A DNA stretch of 64,000 nt. Source: a virus. The number at the start of each line of letters is the position of its first letter. Position 1 is the stretch's first letter. Where the stretch lies: the IMG/VR virus record IMGVR_UViG_3300021197_001653, positions 32,001 to 96,000 of that record; one strand, given 5' to 3'. Below, one piece after another: positions 31,642-40,944 of the stretch. The notes beneath the pieces are model-generated. The model made no database searches and was not told where the DNA came from. It saw only the letters and a program-made list of their open reading frames with translations. Both the position numbers and the translations under genes were made by a program.

Positions 31642-32547
31642 TTACAATTCTCCCTGTGTGCGATTTTTTTCTTTTCTAACATGTGTTTTATACAATGTAT
31701 AAAAATTTCCTGTATAATATTGTTTAATATTTTTATAATTCTCAATCATGAATTTACAGAATAATGGATGTTTATTATAGTTACTAACTAAATTCATAAA
31801 CGCATTCATAAAGAACATTTTTACTTTATATTTATCAAGTTTTATATGGTCTGGATGACCTATAATATATTTTGTTAATGTATCTATATATAATCTATCT
31901 GTAACAGCTCTTAACTTATCTACAAAATCTAGTTGTAAAAAATTATCATCAATTATATTATAAAAAGTTATCTCCCATACATAATTATATTCTGAGTTAT
32001 CACCACTTTTAATAATATTCATTAATTGATAATGACTTTTAATATATCCCCAATTTGGTACAGGGCTTTTATATTTTATGTCACCAAGTTCTAATTTCCA
32101 TTTAACTAAATTTTTAGATACTATAGCTAAATCTTCTTCAATACCATCTTTTCTATCAATAAGTTCATTTGTACAATGTTTTCTTAATATATTGTAACCT
32201 TTTACATCATGACACCATTTAACCATGTTAATATGGTTATAAACAATTGGTATTCTTTGTATTGCAAATTGTAATCTTGATGGTATATGTTTAAACGTTT
32301 TATTATTACTTGCAGTATATAATAATAAATCATGTAATGTGTCTTGTGCTGAAGCATTGTGAATTACTACCTCTTTAGTTCCTTTATAAAATCTAGATGA
32401 TATATCACTTAATGGTTTCCCATAACCACGTAAGCCTAAATATGTTTTAATATAAGGTATATCACTGTGATTAGCTATTATTTCTAGCCTTTTTACAGGA
32501 AAATTAGGATCAATATTATTTATTACTGCGTCTCCTATTATTAACAT
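31642..32547 (-). CDS. Hypothetical protein
   Basis: 301-aa ORF in the operon; no recognised motif. Confidence 0.6.
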   Translation of the reverse strand: MLIIGDAVINNIDPNFPVKRLEIIANHSDIPYIKTYLGLRGYGKPLSDISSRFYKGTKEVVIHNASAQDTLHDLLLYTASNNKTFKHIPSRLQFAIQRIPIVYNHINMVKWCHDVKGYNILRKHCTNELIDRKDGIEEDLAIVSKNLVKWKLELGDIKYKSPVPNWGYIKSHYQLMNIIKSGDNSEYNYVWEITFYNIIDDNFLQLDFVDKLRAVTDRLYIDTLTKYIIGHPDHIKLDKYKVKMFFMNAFMNLVSNYNKHPLFCKFMIENYKNIKQYYTGNFYTLYKTHVRKEKNRTQGEL

Positions 32548-32813
32548 TTTTTTTCAATTTGTTTAAGTTTTTTATATATTTCTTTTTTAATTTGTTTTTT
32601 AGAATAAATACTTTTTAAGTATAACATTCTAATTTCTACATGAGCTATCTCTTGTTCAACTTTAGTTGATAAATCTTTAGTAGGTTTATTCATCTGTTGT
32701 GTTAAAATAAGGGCTAACTCTTGAAGTTCCTCAATTGTTTTTGACATATTAAATTCTTTTGAATTTTTATCAAAAATACTCTCTGTTCTTTCTAACAAGT
32801 TTTTTCCAAACAT
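32541..32813 (-). CDS. MazG-like nucleotide pyrophosphohydrolase
   Basis: KTIEELQEL ... EQEIAHV helical pattern (His where MazG usually has Asp). Confidence 0.5.
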   Translation of the reverse strand: MFGKNLLERTESIFDKNSKEFNMSKTIEELQELALILTQQMNKPTKDLSTKVEQEIAHVEIRMLYLKSIYSKKQIKKEIYKKLKQIEKKC

Positions 32814-33991
32814 TCGTCAATATTTTTATAATATATAATTTCTCCTATCATTTGATAATATGATATCATAGCATCAAACCATATTTTTTCTTGTGTATCT
32901 TCAGTTACTATAATATATACATGACCTACTTTATTATTATCTCTAAGTCTACCAATTCTTTGTAATAAATCTTCACTATTACTATAATAAGACATTACTA
33001 TACAATTATCTAAATTATTTAAATTAGCACCTTGTTTTAATTTCTTAAAACTACCTATCGTATCAATTAATCCACTATTAAACTTATTTTTAATATATTC
33101 ATTTTGTGATTCAGTATTAATATGAGATACTACATTTGGAGTAACATTTAATAATGATTGTATAGAATTACTAAATATAATAGATTTAGTATCTAATTTA
33201 TACAATAATTTACTAACTATATCAATTTTAGATGGTAAATCATATAATAATCTAGCCCTTTCATTTCTAGATTTATTAAATTCCCTTAATCTATCTGGTT
33301 CTGTTGGAGCAAAAAAACTTTTATTATATCTATCTTGCCAATATTGATAAGACCTAGCTTCTGTAATTGAAAAATTTCTATTACCTTTTTTAACATCAAT
33401 TGTTTTAGTAGTTGTATCTAATTTATGCCTTATAACATGTATTTTTAAATCTCTAGTTGTTTCATCCTTTAAAGAATCTTTTAAAGTATAATTAAAACAA
33501 ATTGGTGCTATTCTTTTTAATAAACCACCTTTTGTTACTACTTTATCACCTATTATATAACTAGTTGATTGTTTAACCTTGGCAGTTAAACCAATTATAG
33601 CTTTATATTTATTATTAAAGAAAAACTGAGAATAACTAGGTGTTAAACCATCTGGTATTTCATCACATATAACTAAACCTAACTCTCTATTATGAATTTT
33701 ATAAGCTTTTTGATAACAAGCAAATTGTAAATTATAGTCTTTTAACACATCTCTTTTAAATATTAGATTATATTTAGCTATTTCTCTTAATAAATCTTCT
33801 TTTCTATCTTTTACTTCAGCTAAGAATAAATGAGTGATAGATTTATCAAATGGCATTGTATATAACGCATGTAATGCAATAAATGTTTTACCTAACCCTG
33901 TTACTATTTGACATGTGCCTTTTTTTCCAGCTTTTAACCAACACGCTAGAGCTTTTCTTTGAACTTTTTCTTTTTTGTGTATACTTTTCAT
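32792..33991 (-). CDS. Superfamily 2 helicase
   Basis: TGLGKT (I), CDEIP (II, atypical), GLTA (III) and QRIGR (VI). Confidence 0.85.
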   Translation of the reverse strand: MKSIHKKEKVQRKALACWLKAGKKGTCQIVTGLGKTFIALHALYTMPFDKSITHLFLAEVKDRKEDLLREIAKYNLIFKRDVLKDYNLQFACYQKAYKIHNRELGLVICDEIPDGLTPSYSQFFFNNKYKAIIGLTAKVKQSTSYIIGDKVVTKGGLLKRIAPICFNYTLKDSLKDETTRDLKIHVIRHKLDTTTKTIDVKKGNRNFSITEARSYQYWQDRYNKSFFAPTEPDRLREFNKSRNERARLLYDLPSKIDIVSKLLYKLDTKSIIFSNSIQSLLNVTPNVVSHINTESQNEYIKNKFNSGLIDTIGSFKKLKQGANLNNLDNCIVMSYYSNSEDLLQRIGRLRDNNKVGHVYIIVTEDTQEKIWFDAMISYYQMIGEIIYYKNIDECLEKTC

Positions 33992-34079
33992 AATTAATGT
34001 ATAATAATGGTATTGCTATACCTATTAATATGTATATGCAAGGTATGATTAATATTAGTATTTCTTTTATAATATTCAT
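33888..34079 (-). CDS. Small membrane protein
   Basis: N-terminal hydrophobic helix; overlaps the helicase start. Confidence 0.4.
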   Translation of the reverse strand: MNIIKEILILIIPCIYILIGIAIPLLYINYEKYTQKRKSSKKSSSVLVKSWKKRHMSNSNRVR

Positions 34080-34095
34080 AATAATTCTTTTTTTA

Positions 34096-34129
34096 ATAAT
34101 AAGGGGTAAATAAAAATACCCCTTATTAT
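34096..34129 (-). terminator. Hairpin after nrdA (terminator or mRNA stabiliser)
   Basis: 13-bp inverted repeat ATAATAAGGGGTA / TACCCCTTATTAT. Confidence 0.55.
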
Positions 34130-34146
34130 ATCATAAAATAAAATTT

Positions 34147-35784
34147 TTAAGCTTCACAGCTTACACACTCATTAATTTCTCTAGCAAAAGATTGTGCGGA
34201 ACTTTGACTAAATTGATAATAGAGTGTTTTAATACCTTCTTCCCAAGCATAAAGATATAATTTGTTTATTTCTTTAGCTGATACAGAAGGATGTATCATT
34301 AAATTTAAGGATTGAGACTGATCAATGTATTTTTGTCTCTGTGCTCCTTGAAGTATAAGCTCTTTCGGGCTAATCTCTATAAAAGATTTAAATACTTCTT
34401 TGGTAGGAAAATCCAAGTGTTGAACTGAACCATCATTTTTAAGTATAGTTTCCCATACTTTTGGTGTATTTAAGTCATACTTTTCTAGTTCTTCAACTAA
34501 CTTTGTATTTCTATATACTGTCTTAATTTTTGCTAAATCCTTAACAAAATAATTAGACTTAATTGGTTCAATACCCATAGATACTTGACCTAGTATAAAT
34601 GAGCTTGATTTAGTTGGAGCTACTGCTATTAAAGTTGTGTTTGCAAAACCTTCACGGATTGACTTATAACCTAAATATTCAGTACACCATTTAGATGTAT
34701 TATCAGTTTTTTCTTTCAATGTTGAAAACACATCATGATTAAACTGTTTAGCTGCTAAATCTTCAAAACCTATAAGGTTTTCCTGTAAATAAGAATGATA
34801 TCCTAAGACACCTATACCTATTGCTCTATGATTCTTAGCGAATCTCCAAGCTCTTTTCATCCCTGGCATATGTTCAGATTTTTTAATAAAATCTTCAATA
34901 ACCGCGTTTAAAAATAAAGTATATGTTTCTATAGCATCGCATTTCTTAATATTCTCCCAATGCAATAAATTTAATGAACCTAGACAGCACACGAACGAAT
35001 TGTAACTATCAGTAGGTAATTGTATTTCACTGCAAAGATTACTCGCAGTAATATCTAACCCTAATTCCTTATAAGGGGAATTATTATTAGAATTATCTTT
35101 AAACATGATATAAGGGAATCCAAATTCACTACGTCTTTGAATAACCTTAGCCCATATTTTTCTTTTATTTTTATCACCATTTTTCATGGATTGCATCCAT
35201 TCATCTGTGACTGTTACACCATATTGTAAATTTTGAATAGGGTTACCTTCTGTACCTATATCTAAAAAGTCTAGTATGTCAGCATGTTCAACTGGTAAAT
35301 ATACAGCACAAGCTCCTCTACGGGCTTCTGCTTGTTTACACACGTCAATTATACTATCATATATTTTAGCATAGTGGATTGGGCCATCAGCTTTACCACC
35401 TATAGATATTGAAGACCCCCTTGGTCTAATATTACCTAAATACATAGATGTACCACCACCATATTTAGACATCATTCCTATTTCTCTACCAGCGTTTAAT
35501 ATACTATCCATTGTATCATCTACATTAGAACCATAACAACTAATTGGTAAAGCTTTTTCATATCCAAAATTACACCAAACTGGTGTTGATAATGAGTAAT
35601 ATCCTTTGGACATATAATATTCAAATTTTTCAGCAAAACCCTTTATATTTAAAATCCTTTCAGCATATACTGCTATATCTTTAATTCTTTGTTCTGGAGA
35701 GATACCACCTTTTAGGTAACCTCTAGATAAGAATTTTCTACTTTCATCATTTAACCAATAATATTTTTTATATTCTTTCTTCAT
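34147..35784 (-). CDS. nrdA: Ribonucleotide reductase class Ia alpha subunit (no ATP cone); ATG start probably 35784
   Basis: ISC, SNLCSEI, APT.SSS, DQSQSLN, KTLYY and C-terminal CVSC motifs. Confidence 0.95.
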   Translation of the reverse strand: MKKEYKKYYWLNDESRKFLSRGYLKGGISPEQRIKDIAVYAERILNIKGFAEKFEYYMSKGYYSLSTPVWCNFGYEKALPISCYGSNVDDTMDSILNAGREIGMMSKYGGGTSMYLGNIRPRGSSISIGGKADGPIHYAKIYDSIIDVCKQAEARRGACAVYLPVEHADILDFLDIGTEGNPIQNLQYGVTVTDEWMQSMKNGDKNKRKIWAKVIQRRSEFGFPYIMFKDNSNNNSPYKELGLDITASNLCSEIQLPTDSYNSFVCCLGSLNLLHWENIKKCDAIETYTLFLNAVIEDFIKKSEHMPGMKRAWRFAKNHRAIGIGVLGYHSYLQENLIGFEDLAAKQFNHDVFSTLKEKTDNTSKWCTEYLGYKSIREGFANTTLIAVAPTKSSSFILGQVSMGIEPIKSNYFVKDLAKIKTVYRNTKLVEELEKYDLNTPKVWETILKNDGSVQHLDFPTKEVFKSFIEISPKELILQGAQRQKYIDQSQSLNLMIHPSVSAKEINKLYLYAWEEGIKTLYYQFSQSSAQSFAREINECVSCEA

Positions 35785-35878
35785 TAATCTCTCTACATTT
35801 ATCAATTATATCTTCTTTTAATTCATCTGTCAATGTTTGTAAAGGAAGATTAATAATCCATTCTTCAAAATTTTCCAT
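35768..35878 (-). CDS. Small 36-aa ORF not in the track (MENFEEWIINL...)
   Basis: Fills the nrdB-nrdA gap from ATG to TAA and overlaps the nrdA start. Confidence 0.45.
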   Translation of the reverse strand: MENFEEWIINLPLQTLTDELKEDIIDKCREINEERI

Positions 35879-35879
35879 A

Positions 35880-36854
35880 TTAAAATAAGTCATCTTCTGT
35901 TATACTTTTAGATTTCTTATTATAATCAATAGATTTTTTATAAAAGAAATCCCCTTCTTTTGTTGATTTAATTTCTACATCAAACCATAGTGTAGGTTCA
36001 AGTAGTTCTACATTTATTTCAAAAATTGGTTTCATTCCAATCTTAGCCAAAGAATTATTAAATCTATTTTTAATAAATTCTTTAATAACATCTTTTGATA
36101 AGAATTCTAATTCACCTTTTTCAAATATCCAGTCTAAGATACCACATTCTGCAATATATGCTTTATTACATGCTGAATAAACTAACTTATCAAAATCATC
36201 ATCAAACCATTCAGGGTTTTCTTTTTTAATAATATTAATTATTTCTGCACCAAAATTACCATGGATATCTTCTTCTTTTGAAGTAGCTTCAACAACGTTA
36301 CTAATACCTTTAAATAAATTTTTTTCTTTATTAAAAGACATCATTATTAGAAATTGACTAAATAAAGAAACATGTTCTATAAATAAACTAAATAATAATA
36401 CACTTTTAGTGTACATTTTATCTGATTTACTTCTAGTACCGTCTAAATATTTGGCTAAATACTTAATCCTACCTTGAATAGCAGGTTCATTTATTACATC
36501 TTTAAATTTATCTTCTAAACCTAATATACGTAATAGACGAGCATAAGCATCTTTATGTCTTACTTCTGATTCAGCAAATGTCATTCCAACATCGCCAATC
36601 TCAGTAATAGGCATTCTTTTATACATATCTGCCCAAAATGTTTTAACGTTAACTTCTATCTGTGCGATAGCTAGCATAGATTTTTCTATAGCTGATCTTT
36701 CAACGTCATTAATATTAACTTTAAAGTCATTTATATCAGATGTGAAATTAAATTCATCATCTATCCAATATGAATGTCTGATTGCATCTTTATATTTTAG
36801 CAAATCAGGATATTCATATGGTAATATATTAACTCTCTTTTTAAATATACTCAT
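35880..36854 (-). CDS. nrdB: Ribonucleotide reductase class Ia beta subunit
   Basis: ESEVRH..AY, EHVSLFSQF and EEDIH di-iron ligands; C-terminal DFF. Confidence 0.95.
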   Translation of the reverse strand: MSIFKKRVNILPYEYPDLLKYKDAIRHSYWIDDEFNFTSDINDFKVNINDVERSAIEKSMLAIAQIEVNVKTFWADMYKRMPITEIGDVGMTFAESEVRHKDAYARLLRILGLEDKFKDVINEPAIQGRIKYLAKYLDGTRSKSDKMYTKSVLLFSLFIEHVSLFSQFLIMMSFNKEKNLFKGISNVVEATSKEEDIHGNFGAEIINIIKKENPEWFDDDFDKLVYSACNKAYIAECGILDWIFEKGELEFLSKDVIKEFIKNRFNNSLAKIGMKPIFEINVELLEPTLWFDVEIKSTKEGDFFYKKSIDYNKKSKSITEDDLF

Positions 36855-36903
36855 TCTTATTTTTGTTTTTACAAAAACAATTTCTTACCTCTTTTCAGAA
36901 ATT

Positions 36904-37374
36904 TTATTTTCCTGTACTTCCAAAACCACCATCATCTCTAATACTGGGTCTTAAAGTTTCAACTTCTTCCCAATAAGCATTTTGTGTTTTCTCAAAAAAT
37001 ATTTGGGCAACTCTATCCCCCTCTTTATAAGGGAAAGGGGATAATATTAATTCACTATTTACTTCCTCCTCTATATAAGAGACTACATCTCTAGGGATAG
37101 CTTCAAATTTAATCATCCATTCCCCTCTGTAATCAGAGTCTATTTGCCCTGGGCTATTTTGCATAACCCATCCTTTTTGTGTAAAACTGCTTCTTGGTAC
37201 TATAACACCTTTATAACCAATAGGAATCTCTGTAGAGAACCCTAATTTTATAGTAGCTAAATTATCTTTAACAATAACTTCTCTAGCAACAACGTCATAA
37301 CAAGCTGCTTGTTTTGTACTTTTTTTTGGTAATACAGAATTAAGATCTAATTTCTTTATCTTTATCTTTATCAT
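36904..37374 (-). CDS. dut: Trimeric dUTPase; ATG start probably 37374
   Basis: AACYD, PRSS, GQIDSDYRGE, RVAQ and R..GGFGSTG motifs. Confidence 0.95.
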   Translation of the reverse strand: MIKIKIKKLDLNSVLPKKSTKQAACYDVVAREVIVKDNLATIKLGFSTEIPIGYKGVIVPRSSFTQKGWVMQNSPGQIDSDYRGEWMIKFEAIPRDVVSYIEEEVNSELILSPFPYKEGDRVAQIFFEKTQNAYWEEVETLRPSIRDDGGFGSTGK

Positions 37375-37930
37375 CTTTTGTGTATATATATTTTGATATA
37401 TTAAAAGTTTCATTTTCTTCTTTCATAATGTCTGTTAATTCAGCATCATTAGATATAGAAACTTTTAAATCTTTTTCTATTTTTCTTTTTAATTTTTCAT
37501 CTTTAAATAAAATTTGTTTAACTTCCAATAGAAAATTTATTGCATTTGGATTATACTTATATATATTAGAATAAAAATCTAATATTAATTCTTTACCATC
37601 TTTTTTATATTTTGAATATTTACCAAGTTTAAATTGGTTATATTCATGCATATATTCTTCTGGGAATTTAAAAATATAAAGGACTTGGTCATTCATATCT
37701 ATTAAATCAACAAAATATTCATTATTGGTAATTTCATGTTCATATTTAGTGTATTCAGGAGTCTTAAATGAAAAATCATGTTGTATCATTATACAATCTT
37801 TGTATTTTCCTAAATCGTCAAATATGTAAGTATTAACTAAATTCTTGTAAAATTTCTTTTGGAAACCAACTAATTCTGATAATAACGGTAATAAATATGT
37901 TTTAGATTTATTATATCTAACTTTTCCCAT
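37340..37930 (-). CDS. Hypothetical protein resembling a conserved crAss-like family
   Basis: YLLPL ... F.FP...F..GKYS pattern. Confidence 0.55.
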   Translation of the reverse strand: MGKVRYNKSKTYLLPLLSELVGFQKKFYKNLVNTYIFDDLGKYKDCIMIQHDFSFKTPEYTKYEHEITNNEYFVDLIDMNDQVLYIFKFPEEYMHEYNQFKLGKYSKYKKDGKELILDFYSNIYKYNPNAINFLLEVKQILFKDEKLKRKIEKDLKVSISNDAELTDIMKEENETFNISKYIYTKDDKDKDKEIRS

Positions 37931-37933
37931 TTA

Positions 37934-38944
37934 TTACTTATCTATCTTGATGTACTCATCATACATATTAATAACACCATCACTTTCATAAATATTTTTT
38001 TTCATATTAAATATTTTATTATCGTAATGCCATTTAATTTCTTCAATTAATGTATCTAAACCTTTATAAGAGTATCCAAAATTTGTTGTAAAACCTTTTA
38101 AAGCAGCTTTATGCCACTTATCACTAATAATAAATACACATGGTATTCTTTCATAGCGTGATATATATAAAAATTTAAATGGTAGTAATTTATAACCTTT
38201 TAATTTAAACTTTTTTTTAATATGATTAAATGCTTTTTGATATATTGCTTCTTGCAAATAATATCTCCATTTTAAATAACTTGTTGTAAATTCTGAAATA
38301 TCACCTTGTCCGGTTTTTAAATCAATAATTTGTACAGTTTTGTTATCATGATCTATTAATAGTTTATCAATTATACCTCTAAATTTCATATTATTATATG
38401 TTAAGGTAAATTTATATTGGTTATGATTCTCTAAATCATTAATTAAAATATGTTTTGAGTGTTTATGTGTTAACAGTATATCTGCTAGTTCATTCCCTTT
38501 AGCTAATTCTTCTGTAGTTAATAAAATTTTTGTTTTAGATTTATACTGAGCTTTAATATAATTTATAAACTCTTTATTTTCTATATAACCTATCAAGGTT
38601 TCTTCTTTAGCTCTTTTCCAGAAATTATTAGCTTCAATTATGTTTAAAATTTGTTTTTTACTAGGTATTTTATTATAGTTCTCAAGTAACAAATCGGCTA
38701 ACTTTCCTAAAGTTGCGGTTGGTTTCTTACCATCAAATACAAAATACTTAGTTTTAAAAGCTGACTTATCCAATAATAAATCATCTACTAATGCGCCCAT
38801 AAAAACAGCATTAGATTTAACTTTTGTTTTGTGTATTAATGCTCTAGGTCCATTTCTGTCGTAATCAGAAGCTCTACTATAACTTAATACTAATTCATCT
38901 ACTTCATTTGAGCTTGTATAAAGCTCGTCCAATTCTTTATTCAT
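37934..38944 (-). CDS. PD-(D/E)xK (RecB-like) exonuclease
   Basis: LSYS, RGIID, IIDLKT and Y.LQ.AIY motifs. Confidence 0.85.
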   Translation of the reverse strand: MNKELDELYTSSNEVDELVLSYSRASDYDRNGPRALIHKTKVKSNAVFMGALVDDLLLDKSAFKTKYFVFDGKKPTATLGKLADLLLENYNKIPSKKQILNIIEANNFWKRAKEETLIGYIENKEFINYIKAQYKSKTKILLTTEELAKGNELADILLTHKHSKHILINDLENHNQYKFTLTYNNMKFRGIIDKLLIDHDNKTVQIIDLKTGQGDISEFTTSYLKWRYYLQEAIYQKAFNHIKKKFKLKGYKLLPFKFLYISRYERIPCVFIISDKWHKAALKGFTTNFGYSYKGLDTLIEEIKWHYDNKIFNMKKNIYESDGVINMYDEYIKIDK

Positions 38945-38955
38945 ATATTGTTGTT

Positions 38956-39216
38956 TTATACAGCAGTTAATTTTGCAATGTATAAATCTGTAAAAATATC
39001 TTCTAATTTATTAGAACATTTTAATTGTGTTTCAATTACAGAATCATTAGATGTAAAATTCTCTATTGCATTATAATAATCTACTTTTTCAGAACATTTA
39101 ATTCTTAGTAAATTATATTCATGTTTCTGGGTTAATAAAACCACTTGTTTATATTCCATATCGTTAAATACAGTCATTGATAAATTTAATATTTCTTGAT
39201 ATAATTCTTTATTCAT
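38956..39216 (-). CDS. Hypothetical protein
   Basis: 86-aa ORF packed in the operon. Confidence 0.5.
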   Translation of the reverse strand: MNKELYQEILNLSMTVFNDMEYKQVVLLTQKHEYNLLRIKCSEKVDYYNAIENFTSNDSVIETQLKCSNKLEDIFTDLYIAKLTAV

Positions 39217-39218
39217 AT

Positions 39219-39686
39219 TTAAAATAATTTTATATAGACACCTGGATTATCTTTATCTACAGAGTAAAAAGGTTTTTCCCTTATATTTTCTGCAGTTGGT
39301 AATTCACCATCTATTGTCATGGGTACAGGAAATACATATTTAACATTATCATCTTCAATAAAATCATGTGCTGTAAATAAATCTTGTATAATTTCAACAC
39401 TATTACTAAAATCAAATAATCTTTTACTATTTCTTACCTGATGATATCCTATAAATATAGGATCACCCTTATCTTTTTTCATTTCCATAAAAGAATTTCT
39501 CAATTCTTCTATTTGATTAGGTCTGCTTTTATCTACATAACCTTTTATAATTTTTTTACCAGAATTAAAATGTTGTATACCTTTACTTCTAATATATTTA
39601 GACACAGTAGGGGAATGAAATATCCCCCTTCCGGTCTTAATTTTAGAATTTTTTAAACTTGGCACATTTCCTGATATGAAAATCAT
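39219..39686 (-). CDS. RusA-like Holliday junction resolvase
   Basis: VPS.KN and R.FD..N....QD......IEDDN acidic pattern. Confidence 0.65.
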   Translation of the reverse strand: MIFISGNVPSLKNSKIKTGRGIFHSPTVSKYIRSKGIQHFNSGKKIIKGYVDKSRPNQIEELRNSFMEMKKDKGDPIFIGYHQVRNSKRLFDFSNSVEIIQDLFTAHDFIEDDNVKYVFPVPMTIDGELPTAENIREKPFYSVDKDNPGVYIKLF

Positions 39687-39716
39687 ACTATTAAAAATTT
39701 CTCATAAACTTTGTTT

Positions 39717-40103
39717 TTAAAAACGTGGTTTTGCATAATCTGCAAAGTCACCAGATTCAATGACTTTAACGGCATCTTTGTCGCCAAAATAAATCTGAGC
39801 TTCAATTTCTTCACCATTATCCAATATTACTGGAATAGTTGTTCTTTTATACCATGAACCATCATGATTTTCAGGATCATATCCTTCTAATCTATCTACT
39901 CTTGGTAACTGAGATTCAGATACATTATACACTTCCACGCGTACGTTACTAATTTCTTCATTTTTGGTAACAAAAGGTATACCACTTGCTGTAAGTTTAT
40001 ACTTTTCTTTTGTTAATCCACTACTAATAAGTTTTGAATCACCTAAAACAGGGTTATTTGAATAACCCTTTCTTAATGTTCCATAAACTGCTATTTTAGC
40101 CAT
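39717..40103 (-). CDS. Gamma-glutamylcyclotransferase (AIG2-like)
   Basis: VYGTLRKG, EVY, DRLEGY and Y.R motifs. Confidence 0.9.
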   Translation of the reverse strand: MAKIAVYGTLRKGYSNNPVLGDSKLISSGLTKEKYKLTASGIPFVTKNEEISNVRVEVYNVSESQLPRVDRLEGYDPENHDGSWYKRTTIPVILDNGEEIEAQIYFGDKDAVKVIESGDFADYAKPRF

Positions 40104-40105
40104 AA

Positions 40106-40246
40106 TTATTTATTTTTTATAAAAATTTTCATTGTTCTATTATTATCCTGTAATTGAATTTCATCAATTTCCATAGACATATTAATATATTGACGACCTT
40201 TTTCATCAATTATTTCTATTCTAGTTACTTTTGTTGTGTTTACCAT
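40106..40246 (-). CDS. Small 46-aa ORF not in the track (MVNTTKVTRIEIIDEKGR...)
   Basis: Overlaps the UDG stop codon and fills the gap exactly. Confidence 0.55.
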   Translation of the reverse strand: MVNTTKVTRIEIIDEKGRQYINMSMEIDEIQLQDNNRTMKIFIKNK

Positions 40247-40944
40247 TTTATACAAAAATCTGAACCATTATTTTCTGTTATTATTTCATTAATTTCTTTA
40301 AAATGATTACAATCCCACTTATTTATTTTTTTTATATTTTGTGGGTTAGATGCTTCTAATATATAATTAGAATCCTCATTTATAAATTGTTTGAAATATT
40401 GAGCTTCTTCACCCCATAAACAATATATTATTCCGGTTCTATTAGTACTTAATGCTTTTATAATTTCTCTCGTAAAGTTTCTCCAATGTAATAAATTAGA
40501 GCCACTTTTATCCTTCTCTACAGTCATTGCTGCATATAGAGGTAGTACACCTTGGTTTGTCCAATTTTCTAAAGTAGTATCAATATTTAATCTAAAACCA
40601 TTATATTGAGTTTCCTCAATCGTTTTTTCTATTTGATATGTTGCATTTTCAAAACCAACAAATATATTATCCCTTTGTGCAAATGGTATCCCTGTATTAA
40701 CATTATCATTATAAGGTTCTTTTCCTAATATAACCACTCTAACTTTATAAAAATTAACCAATTGAAATGGTTTAAATATAACGTTTTTTTTTTGTGGATA
40801 TAACATTCTAGATTTATAACTTTCATTAAGGAATACCATTAAATTATGCATATAAGTGGATGTTAATAATATATTTAAATAATGAGTCCATTCTTTAAAA
40901 ATATCTCTATAATCTATGTCTAATTTATAAATACTTTTATTCAT
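40240..40944 (-). CDS. ung: Uracil-DNA glycosylase family 1 homologue with degenerate catalytic motifs
   Basis: VRVVILGKEPY, TG.PF, LENW..QGVL and LWG..AQ present; HPSP replaced by NPQN. Confidence 0.75.
   Translation of the reverse strand: MNKSIYKLDIDYRDIFKEWTHYLNILLTSTYMHNLMVFLNESYKSRMLYPQKKNVIFKPFQLVNFYKVRVVILGKEPYNDNVNTGIPFAQRDNIFVGFENATYQIEKTIEETQYNGFRLNIDTTLENWTNQGVLPLYAAMTVEKDKSGSNLLHWRNFTREIIKALSTNRTGIIYCLWGEEAQYFKQFINEDSNYILEASNPQNIKKINKWDCNHFKEINEIITENNGSDFCIKW

Noticed and set aside
19719-36854. Introns or inteins in the RNAP, nrdA or nrdB genes
   Set aside because: The ORFs are continuous, of expected length, and their motifs are intact.
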